A stretch of DNA of 64,000 nt from Curvularia clavata (taxonomy: Eukaryota). Below are positions 39,739 through 51,281 of this stretch, one piece after another. Each line of letters begins with the position of its first letter. The first letter of the stretch is position 1. The notes under the pieces were generated by a model. The model saw only the letters and a list, made by a program, of their open reading frames with translations, made no database searches and was not told the origin of the DNA. A program made the position numbers and the translations under genes. The DNA is taken from NCBI GenBank assembly GCA_023920165.1, contig CP089274.1:2976001-3040000 (forward strand), given 5' to 3'.

Positions 39739-42700
39739 ATGGGCAAGGCCGAGAAGCTCGATCCCGTATGGGACGACCTCGATAGGTGAGCATCGCGGCC
39801 ACAAGATGCGCGACGCAGCCAATGACCCTTGCTGACGTGTATGCCTCTTGTCTCCGCCATGCAGAACAATGGTAGGCTGTTTCTACTAGACTGTCACGAT
39901 CGCGTTCGCTGACATCGGGCCGTGTAGGGCCAGTTGTTCATGATGGGCTTCGATGGCACCTCCGTGACTCCCCACATCCGGACGCTTATCGAGGAGCATC
40001 ACGTTGGCTGCATCCTCCTGACTGCCAAAAATCTCAAATGTAAACATCACGTGCTCTGTTGTGACCTGCCTGCAAGCCAAGCCCCTGCTGATCCAACACA
40101 GCTGCCGAGGATACAACCAACCTCATCTATGAACTGCAGAAGATTGCTCATGATGCCGGCCATCCTGTCCCGCTGGCCATTGGTATTGACCAAGAAAATG
40201 GCGGTGTCAACAGTCTTTTTGACGACATCTACATTCGCCAGTACCCTAGCAACATGGGCATGGCAGCAACTGGATCAACTGACCTAGCATTCGAAGTCGC
40301 CAAGGCAACTGCACAGGAAATTGCTGCCTGTGGTATCAACTGGATATTTGGTCCGTGTCTCGATGTCCTAACCAATGCACGTAACCAGCCCTTGGGTGTC
40401 AGAACTGCCGGAGACGATCCTCAGGAAGTATCTGCCTTTGGGTGTGCTTTCATGCAAGGCTACAAAGACGGCGGAGTAGTAACACTGGGTAAACACTTTC
40501 CTTCGTACGGCAACCTAGAGTTCCTAGGCTCTACGTTGGATGTGCCCATCATCACAGAATCGCTAGAGCAGTTGAGCTTAAGCGCTCTGATTCCTTTCAA
40601 GAAGGCGATTGAAAGAGGCCTCGATTCCATGATGGTAGGCGGCTGCGCCATGTCCTCAGCGGGGCTCAATGCTATGCACGCCTGTCTCTCTGAACAGGTT
40701 GTTGATGAGTTGCTTCGGAAGGACCTGAAGTTCGATGGCGTAGTGGTTTCCGAATGTCTTGAGATGGATGCACTCAGTCACAACATTGGCGTCGGTGGTG
40801 GTACTGTGATGGCTGTCAATGCCGGTTGCGACGTTGTCCTTCTTTGTCGTGCGCTCTCGCTACAACTAGAAGGCCTGAAAGGTTTGAAAACTGGCATAGA
40901 AACCGAGATGGTCTCCAAAGAGCGCATCTTCAACTCGCTTAGGCGTGTTTTAGCCATGAAGAAGAAGTGCACATCGTGGGAAAAGGCACTGAACCCGCTA
41001 GGCATCAACTATCTCGAAAAGCTACAGCCTCTGCACACTGCACTCTCCACTAAAGCATACAACAGTTCCATCACAGTCGTACGAGACAAGAACAGACTTC
41101 TTCCGCTGACCAATATCCTCGACAGTGAGGAAGAGCTTCTTCTGCTGACACCGCTGGTGAAGCCTTTGGCTGCATCCGCTGCATCTCGAGCTATATCTGA
41201 CGCTGCTAATGGGGCAGCCAGTCATTCTCCAGGTCCAGCTTCCTGGGACCAAAATTCGTCCGTCATGAGTGGAGAAAGGGTCTTCAGGGAGCTGGGCCGG
41301 TCTCTGGCAAGACAGCGGAACGGGCGCCTATTACATACCTCATATACAGCCAACGGAGTTCGCCCGGTGCATGAGAATCTCATCAGCCGAGCCAGTGCAA
41401 TCATTGTGCTCACAGCAGACGCCAACAGAAATCTCTATCAACACGGATTCACAAAACACGTTTCCATGATTTGCAACATGCAGTATACGACTGGTGGAGA
41501 GAGACGTGAGAAGCCTCTGATTGTGGTCGCCGTGAGCTCGCCGTACGACTTTGCCATGGACAACACGATTGGGACTTATATCTGCACGTATGACTTCACT
41601 GAGACTGCACTGAACTCGCTCGTAAAGGTCCTGTATGGCGAACTGTCCCCTTCAGGAACACTGCCCGGCACGATCAGTAAGAGCCAAAAACTATACCCGT
41701 CGAAACAGCATTGGCTAGTTGAGATTTTCAATGAAGAACGGGATGGCAGTGCATTAGACACGCTCATTGCCGCCGTTGTTGACAATACAGCGCCAAACCA
41801 GCGATCCGAGCTTTCGAGCGCCACGTCGAGCTCATTTATCCTACATCACCCGGAGGTGGAAGAGTCACATTTTGTAGTGCGCAACAGCAGTACCCAGGCA
41901 CTATACGGCTTCTGCTCAACCTACTTTTTCAAGGCGACAGGAACCGGAGTCATTGGTGCGTTGTTTGTGGATCCCGCAAGAAGAAAACTCTCGATTGGAC
42001 ACTCTCTGCACAACCGAGCGATACGGACTTTGTTGCAGAAGGAAGGCATCAAGCGATTTCAACTGGGATCACGTCTTCCAAGCATCTACCTCGGCATCCC
42101 GACGGGCCATGGCAACGAGAGGAAGCGGTTGCGGTCATGGTTTGCTCAACTCGGGTGGGGTGCAGCACTTTCACGTCCAGTGTGCAACATGGTAGCTCGC
42201 AACCTCCAGACATGGGCGCCGCCTGCGGGCATGGCCAAGAGTCTGGCAAGCGCCGGAGCACAGTTTGACCTTGTCTATGGGTGGGACTACGCTGGACCGG
42301 TACTTGATCACATCAAAACCAGTAATCGACAAGGGCTGGCAGAGGTGTACAAGCTTGCACTGACGGACCCTACAGCATGTGGAATTATTCGGGCAAAGCG
42401 CCCAGAGGATGGCGCACTAGTGGGTACGGTTGTGCTTTACAACAACCACTCACGTCTTGCCGAGTACATTCCTTCGCTCAAGGACCTCAACGAGACGGCG
42501 GGAGGCATTTCGTCGCCCGTGATCTCACCTGGTGTTGGAGAGTATTCGACGCTACTGCAGGGACTGATTCTCCTGGGGATGCGGCAGATCAAGCAGCTAG
42601 GGTGCAATGCCTGCCTGCTCGACTATGTGAGTACCCGCAGGTTCCCTTGGCAGCACAGTTATACTGACAAGAGCAGATGGATGGAGACGGCAACTTTGAC

Positions 42701-42790
42701 GGCTTCTCGGCCATGGGATTCGATGTCATGCACAACTTTGAGGAAGTGAGCTGCGATGCAGCGACGTGGACTATGATACCGCCTGCTTGA
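39739..42790 (+). CDS. NGS1: GH3 beta-N-acetylglucosaminidase-like domain fused to GNAT acetyltransferase domain(s); NGS1-type GlcNAc sensor, 5 exons
   Basis: Exons 39739-39785, 39865-39871, 39928-40039, 40102-42626 and 42677-42790. GH3 motifs GQLFMMGF, IDQENGGV, GPCLDV, GVRTAG, KHFP; GNAT-like GALFVDPARRKLSIGHSL; position inside the GlcNAc cluster. Confidence 0.9.
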
Positions 42791-43164
42791 TTTTGGGTGA
42801 CTGGGTGTCTGTGGCGCACAAGGGAGAAATATCTTGAGCTACTTGGGACGGTAATGGGATGGAAGGATGTGTGTTGAGCTTCTATTTTTATCTTGAGCAT
42901 GTTGGACAAGAAACGTCTTCTCTGATGTGAGACGATTATGCTGACTAGGCAGTGCTATGGCTTCGTCTGACGTCGTGCCACAGGTGCATGTGTGGGTATC
43001 GGAAGGTTTTCCTGATGGGCAACTGAGGATCGCTTGCCGCATGCCGCTTCCCGCGTGACGCTTAGCTTAGTTGGGCCTAGACGGGACTCGGATGGCTTGC
43101 AATCCGCCGCGCACGACTTGAGGTCCAAGTACAAGATATGGCGTACAGCAGGCATCGAGGACGT

Positions 43165-43194
43165 CAGACCAGACCAGACCAGACCAGACCAGAC
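43165..43194. repeat. (CAGAC)6 pentanucleotide microsatellite
   Basis: Six perfect tandem copies read directly. Confidence 0.95.
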
Positions 43195-44025
43195 GCAGTC
43201 GACACGGACACGTTATTTTTAACGGCAGCTGAGCGGGCGTGGGCCTGCCTGGGACGATGCTGGGGGGTCCATGGCGCATGCTGATCGCCGTTGGGCTTGT
43301 CCCTGGAGGAGCGAGGCCCTGCCCATGAGGCTCGCCTCCCTGAAGCCGGGTGCGGTCCAGATAAATGGGGCTCGTCGAGGCGGCGGATTGGCACACAGTT
43401 GTAGATACGTCGAGCCATGCAAGCATGTATCGATGCAGCCATCAAAGGCGGTCAATGGAGGCGTTGGAGAGCAAAGCGGGTGCAGAGAGACGCAGCTGAG
43501 CGCCATTCCCGCCGCCAACCCTCGCCCCTAACAGACACGGGCTGGGCTGGAGATAGATACATGTACTTGGACACGCCAGCCGCACATGTGATGCACCCGC
43601 GTCGCACAGCTTCTTCACCACTCGAGCCCGCCAGAAAGCTGCTGTCCTTTCTCCCGCTGCCTCCTGTGTGCACGCGAAGCCCCCCCCCCCAGACGCCTGC
43701 TGCCCTCGACGCTCCTGTCATCCGCCCTCGCCCGCTGTCACTCCCACCCCCCCCATCTTCTCCGCTGGCTGGCCTCCCGCACCTCGCTGTCTCCACCTCC
43801 AACCCCAGAACCCGCCCACGCAGCTCCCACCTCTCCGCCATCGCCATCTCAACCACCACCACCAGCACTACCACCGCCGCCGCCGTCGCTGCTGCTGCTC
43901 GATAAAACGCGCACCCGCTCCGACGCGAGCGCTTCGTCCTTGCTGGTTCCGCACCACTTGCGCTGCGCGTATGCGCCGAATCCACAACACCTCCATCCCC
44001 GACGACGGCCACGCCGCCCCGAGCC

Positions 44026-45724
44026 ATGGAGCACTTTGACACAACCACCATGTCCTACATGCCCATGGCGATACCCATGCAGACGGTCACGGGTCCCGAC
44101 CAGCAGCTGGCCATGCCCTTGGTGCCCGTGGACCAGTACGATCAGCGCTCCGCCTTTGATGCAGAGACCTTTATCGGGTACGCCAGCTTCGTCCTGCCTC
44201 CCACTGCACCTCCCGCTAACACCATTGCCTAGGAGCGAAGATGCATACTCGACCTATCACCTCCAGCAGATGCCCCCCCAGTTGAAGCGCTACCCGAGTA
44301 CCTATGAAGACCCCTTCTCCGACGTCCAGAGCGGCTACGAGCAGTCGATACACCCGCACGAGCAGAATGGCATGCCTGAGAGCCCAATCAATGACAGCAA
44401 CAACAAACTCCTCAGTTTCTCACTGCCCACCGTGCCGTATCCCATTCTCAACTACTCCATGCAAAGACTGTCCATTTCCATGTCTGCCCAGCTGCACGGC
44501 ATGTTCTTTCTCGCCGAATCGCCATGGGCAACCACTGCCGACGTGCAGGTAGCCGAGTTGACGTGCTACCGAAGGAACCTCTTTCAGATCACCGGCACAG
44601 TCACCATCCCCAGATCGCTGCGCCTCCTCATGACGGACCAAGGAGACCAAATACCCATCCACGGCCTAGAACTCACCATTTCCGCTACAGAATCTCTCGA
44701 GGGGAATGCCGTCAAAATCATATCCGTGCCTTGGAAAACACCGGCCACGGGCAACGTTCCTGTCGAAGACAAGACAGAGAAAGAACCGCCCACATATCCA
44801 TTAGACCTATCAACCGGTCAGGACGTCGATTCAGAATACGTCAATTTCCCCATCAGCTGGAAGCGGTTGCAGTTCCGAATAGCGACTGCAAACAATGGTC
44901 GAAGGAAGGAGCTGCAGCAGCATTTTGTGGTGCGGCTCAAGGTGATTGCTACCCTGAATGGCGGTGCCAAAGTGCCCATTTGCGAGATCCACTCGGGAGC
45001 CATCATTGTGCGAGGCAGAAGCCCGCGTAACTTCCAGGCTCGCAAGGACATGCCAATAAGCGGAGGCACTACCGCACGCAAGGTGCACACTCCGCAGCAG
45101 ACCAACAGAACTCCGACAGGTGATACAAACCAAGGCACGCCCAAGCAAGCTCAAGCTCAAACTCAACCCCAACCTCAACCCCAAACCCAGCCTCAGGCTC
45201 AATCTGGGGTTCCGTCCAAACCTGTAGATTTGCTGCAGATGCCCTTTGACTTCAACGCAAACGACATGCCGCAGTCACCAGACTTCGCCTGGAAGATCCC
45301 AACGGGTGCCCAGACGGCCATACCTCAAGACCCCCCCTCATCCCAACTACAACACGCCACACCTTATGCCCAGTCCACTCCGGACATTTCAAGGAGTGCT
45401 CCACCTCAAAAGACATCCATAGCCCCTGTCACCTTGTCTCTTACCGACGATGAGCCCATAAAGGCACCCTCCCCCAATGACCAGCAGAGAAAACGCACCA
45501 CACCAATGCGACCGCCCTCCTTTTCCATTGGCATCATCAATAGTCCAGATGAAAGCGCTGACCTGTTGTATGAATATTTCCCCTTAGGCTTGGACGACTG
45601 GATGCCACCTGTAGACGCCGTCTATCGACCCCACGTCGTCCACCATATCACCCCGTTTCCCCAAGAAGGGAAAGCAGACGCTGGGAGGAGCCGGTCGAAG
45701 CGGTACTTCTCGGATGCTTGGTGA
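44026..45724 (+). CDS. RON1: Ndt80/PhoG-family transcription factor (RON1/XprG-like), 2 exons
   Basis: Intron 44178-44232. Ndt80 motifs LTCYRRNLFQI, WKRLQFRIATANNGRRKELQQHF, IIVRGRSPRNF; QP-rich tract; C-terminal LLYEYFPLGLDDWMPPVDAVYRPHVVHH. Confidence 0.92.
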
Positions 45725-47985
45725 GCTCTGGTTTGCGATTCGTGATACCCATGCGTTGGTTTTTGTTTCTGTAATCCTGTCAAGAGCACTCTTCTGCCAA
45801 TGATTGGATAGGGTCCCCGAGTCTTTTTGTTATTTACTGTGTCCCGAGCAGAGCGGGTCGTTGCCACGGAGTAGTCAAAAGTTGCGCATACATTGTGACG
45901 AGGTAAATCTCTTTCCTCGTTCATATACTTAAGCTAGGAAAGTGCGCGTGTGGTCCGCGTCCCGAAGGATACCCCACAGTCTATTCTTACAGGGCAAACA
46001 AAGAAGAGAAGGAAGGAAGGAGAGAAAAGAAAAGGGAGGAGGAGGAGTGTTTAATATTTGCGGAAGGAGGTGCAGGACTTCCGCTCACCATTTTCCAGAG
46101 GATCAGCAAGGGACAAGGTTCCCATTTAATCAGAACCGGCATCCCTAAACCCGCCGTTCGACTTATGATGACACGATTTTCCTCCATCTACACTACCGAC
46201 ACGATGGCACCAATATATGATAGGACATTGGAAACGAGGATAGCTTTCGGCAACCATTGTAATTATGCCATCGTATTGTCCATGTCAATTCACTACAAGT
46301 TCTGTTTTTAACCAAGATTCTTGGCACATTGCCTTTGTGGCTTCCTTGTTGCATGCTGTCACCCCCTTCCTCGTCTACTTGACAAGTGGGCCGTGGTAGC
46401 AAAAGAGGTTGTATGGCGTTTTTCTTAATCAATGCACAGTAGTACCCTTGGCATATTGCGAGCTGGCAAGCTTTTTTGTTGGACGTGTCACCGAAAGCAG
46501 GCATCAAGAAACCTACTTCAAAACAGGTAAGCACGCTACTTTACAGAGTACTGCGACGTAGAAGCGTCCCCGACTCCACAATCTCCCAACTAGCGGCAAT
46601 CTAGACGCATTCCTCCCAGCTGACATGCGCAGTCTTGGCAAATCCCACCACACTAACGCCGGCAATCAGAGGTATAAAGCCGAGAGCAGCATCCGTTTCC
46701 TCGGCGCGCCGCCCTAGACATGTCCATGTGACGTGTGGCGTTATGTCGTCTCGTCGCAGAAAAGACGGGAAAAAGCCAACGATGCAATGCTACTGTAACA
46801 CCATCATCTGTCCCATGGGCCCTGGGCATCCCACCATGGTCCCCTCGCCAAACAACACGACACGAACAAGAGGAGGGTTTGATGTGGGGCATACAACACG
46901 AGCAACAACACCCACCGACGCCTTTTCTCACAAAAGCCTTTGAGCCATGTTCCATGGACCGAACGGCACCATATGGTAAAACTTTTGGTTCAAGCCTCTC
47001 ATACCAAATGATACCATCACTCTTTTTCCCCACACGTTACTATACCTCTTTCACTTTCCCCCTTGATCCCTGTCCAGTACCACTGTCACTGTCACTGTAT
47101 CTGTTCGTCACCCGTGTCACTGCTACGGTGAAACGTTACTCTCCACCGTCGCCTTTTTTCTTTCCTCCCAAGACAACGTCAATAAACCTTTTTTTTTTCT
47201 TCCTTGCATTCTCTTTCTTCCCGCTCGTCCTAGCCTCCTCTCCTTCGTATTCTCTTCGCCGTCTTTTCTTACGCCACCAACACTACACTCACTCTCGTAC
47301 GTAGCATACATATGCTACCATATCTTTTTCTTGTCCTTCGCTTCTTGGAAGCAAAGTTAGGTAGGATCCCGAGACGATGGTATCACACTAATCGATACAT
47401 TGCGTGGCGTGAACGCGTCGTATTTCAGCGGGTCCTGCTTTCATTCTACGCTAGAAGGGGTTTGGTGAGGAGATAATGATGATGGCCCACTGCGGGCCCC
47501 GCGGAAGATGAGGGCTGGTTTGGGCTTAGGGGCAGGCCGGTGAAATGGAAGATGGACGGATTTCCAAAGAAAGGGGAGGAATCGGAGAAGACAAAATCTT
47601 GGACTGAATTGCTATTGGTCAGTTCGGCTTTTCTGGTGTGACTTGAGGATGTCACGGTGAGATATTGAGATACCACATGTAGAAAATTGCATTCTGGCTC
47701 TCAGAGGGCTCGGAAAAGTGTATCTTTCGGGGAAAAAAAATATGCATTTCATTAGGTCATCAAAATGCTCGAGCTCATGCTGCCGCCTGGTAATACCTCT
47801 AACAACGCCGTAGGGAACCGTGTACCGTGCAAAAATAACAACAACAAGCTCCCATATGCCTCCGTAAATCTCTCGTATCTAGTCCTGAGCGGATTCTAGA
47901 TGGTTGAATAGAACAGCCAAACGCTCATGTGTATGTACAATAAACATGTGTGAAGAAAAATAGTGCCAAAAAGAAGATTCAGATC

Positions 47986-49763
47986 CTATGCTTGGCCCTC
48001 GAGGCAGCAGACAGAGACTGCTGCACCAAAGATGGCCGATTCAATGGCAATCTCCAGTGAAACTGACTTGGGCTCTGCCCCAGATGCAGCAGTGAGCTCA
48101 TGAAGATGCGATTGGCAGAGCTCCCTGAACAAAGGATACTTTTCAATTACTGAGCCGTTGCAACCAATGCTCATCCGACCAGCAGATACAGGCGTCAAGC
48201 CTTCTGATTCGGTTCGGAGAACCCACAATGCGTGAATGCCAGTGGCAAGGAAAGCTGCCGCACGGCGAGAAACGAGTTGTGACACCCGGCGAACAAACTG
48301 AATGTCGCTCACAGTAGGTGGTTTGCTGAGAGGGTGTTGGGACTGGAAGAGGGCAGTAGCCTGGGTGAGGTACTTTGAGTCGTCCATCTCCATAGCTGCA
48401 ATGGTACCTGTGTCCAAAGTATAGGGTTCACTCAGACGGGCAGGCATTTCGCCGCTAAACAGGCCGGCTGTGCATACGGCTTCAACAATGATTAGTCTTA
48501 CAATCTCGCCCATGTAGCGACCGCTGATCATGTGTTCGAAAGGCTGAAAGTCTGGTCGGATATGCGTCTCGTTCAGTCGGTCATCCCATCTGGTCGTGGG
48601 GAAAACGCCCTTTCCGAACATGCTGCATTCGGTGTTGACAAGAACGTGGGTGGCTTCGTCGAACCATTGCTGTGGGTAGCCCTTGTACTTGGTGGTCGCA
48701 AGCGAAGATACGGGCAGATGGACGGAGATGTTAAATCCGGTTCCGAGAATTACAGCAAATCGTGTTGATGGATCTTCGTAAGCACGCGATAGCAATGTTG
48801 CAGAAGAGTCGTTGACAATGGAATCCATGTGCACAGGCAGGTTCTAAGCAACAAATGTTAGTAATTGCGAGGCGCCTATTGGCGAGGGCCAAAGCTTACC
48901 CTCTTCCTGCAAGGCGCCATGATCAATTCGCTCAAGTCTTGGCCAAGAAGGCCCTCAGTCGCCCGAAAGCCCTTGCCCATGTCTAGCAAGTTTGCACTAC
49001 GACTTGAAGTTTGTCTAATCAAAGTCAGCCAGTACATGCAGCAATGGAGTCATGATACATACTCAACGGGAAACGACCATGCTAGACCCATAGGGAAACT
49101 CTGTGTGCTGCTCATACGCTGGAATTGCGGATCGGTGAGCGCTTGCTGAATCTTGTCGGCCATCCATTCGAAAAACTCGTGTCCTCTTCGTTGTCGGACC
49201 TTCTCGTCGATCTTGTAGCTCTTCATAAAAGCGATACGCATGTTCTTGGCACCGGACTTTTTACCGTTCAATTCGACAAGCGCAATGCGAAATGTCGATC
49301 CGCCGACATCGAGAGCCAGATAGGTACCTTTCTCAAGTCCAGAAGGAAGTTTGTGGTTGTAAGAAGGCAACATGCAGATGTCGCTAGATTGAAGCTTTGG
49401 AGCGAATTGCCTTTGCAATGCGGCAGACATTTCGAGCAACTTGGCAGGAGCTAAGGGTGCTTCCAGAAGGCGCTCAATTTCGCGCAATAGATCGTCCATG
49501 GTACGGTCATAAGACCGCAATGCATCTCGGACACGTTTTCGTGACGACAACAGAGGCAGCACAGAGTGCAGCAACGATGGCAACATGGCGAGTCTTTCTA
49601 GAGCCGCGAGGAGCCCTTGCCAAAAGTCCAACATGAGTCGCTTGTAATTGCGAGGACGGGGTTTGTTGTCGGTTGTTGTGCGGCAAACCTCACTGGAATG
49701 GTCTGACTCCGGAATAACGGTGACGCGGCGATTCTTGGAGCGGTGAAGCAACAGAGGGGGCAT
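47986..49763 (-). CDS. HXK3: Hexokinase-family protein, probable N-acetylglucosamine kinase, 3 exons; start may instead be the ATG at 49634
   Basis: MLPSY, LALDVGGSTFR, GLAWSFP, MGKGF, IVNDSSATLL, ILGTGFN, VNTECSMFG, QPFEHMISGRYMGE, GSVIEKYP. Introns 49015-49062 and 48844-48899. Substrate inferred from cluster context. Confidence 0.88.
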
Positions 49764-51281
49764 AGAGAAAGAGATGGAGAGAAGAGACCGACTGTGAGGC
49801 GGACGAGACAACGAGGGACCAGGTCTCTGGATGAAGGGGTTGATTGCAGGCGTTAAATCAAACAGGCGGAGACCAAAAATGGTGAAGGGTCAGTCTGTTG
49901 ATGTCGAGATGGACAGGTAGGCGAGGCGGGCGGGCGGGTAGCATTAGTAAACCGATGTCGCAAAAATCCTCTCGAGCATGGTTTTACGGTTGGTCAGGAC
50001 AGCAGAAAGGGTTGTATCCACTAGCAGAGGTAGCAAGGAATGGGTCCGACAGGCGTGCACAGTGTGCTGATGAGGCACGGCAGACAAGGGGGGAAGTTGA
50101 GTGTGACCGAAGGAAGCAAGGACAGAACAGGCGTGGAGGAGACACGAGTTAGCGGCAGCAAAACAGCGAACGACGGCGTGCTGCAGGCTCCAGGCAGCCT
50201 CAGCGAGTAGGCAAAAGAATGGCGTAGCTGTCATGGCGAGCGTTGGTGGGGTGTCGTAGAAAGTTTCCTAACAGCCATTGCTACCGTTACAGTCGCTGAA
50301 GCTCGCTAGGCCAGATCGGGACAGCGGCACTAGCCGTCAGTGGACGTGATAGGACTCTGGTGGATGACTTGGCCGCATCATGATACAACGCGACTGCAGG
50401 CTTCATGCGGCGGTGGCGATCATCGCACCGCCATGTCTTGCTTGCGTACGTATGGCTGCCACTAACCCGCGGGACGAGGCATGGAACGATGCTAGGCCTG
50501 GAGAGAAGAGGGAATGGGAAGACGCAACGTTGGGACAGAGCACGTGCCTTGTGCGGACCAGCGCCAGGAATAGATTCGGATTCTGGGCCGGGTCTAAATC
50601 TAGACGCCCACATTGCGACATGCGACATGTTCCCAACGTCGCCTCTACCAGTACTAGTAGCATCTGACACTGCACGACAAGCGCCGTGGCCGTACGGTGC
50701 TTACCAGAACACGCCTAGAGCCAGGCACGTGGCTACGGCTCGAGTGTTCGTCTGAGTGGCTGGACGACACGCAACCCCACTGCCAGCCTCTCTGTGCCAC
50801 CAGGCTTCCTCGTGATTACGGACAGACTGCCATGGATTTTGGAAAGTGCCATCTTAGCACTGCATCAATACGATATTGGCGTCTGCCATGTGCCCCAGCC
50901 ATGATCAACTCAGGTTCCTGTACGAGTTTATTACCTAATGCAGCTTGATGTCGCGTACCAATGTCTGACTACATACGCTGTGGTACATGTATTGCCACGT
51001 CCAGATTCCAAGGCTGTTATCTCGACTCGGAATGTTAGTCTACATTGAGAAAATGGGCGCCGTCACGCAGAACACAAAGATGTAGGGATAAAAAAACAAA
51101 TTATACGCTCCGCTCCAATGGCAGTGCATGAAAAACACGCAGCGTAACTACAAAGCGATATAGCTAAAAGAACCACGCAGTGCAAATCCCCCCGAGGTAT
51201 CATAAACAAAGCAAGTTCCAAACGCCAACCCCGGTCATTACCCATTAAGCACCAGTCATGAGTATTGCGTATACATGTGCA

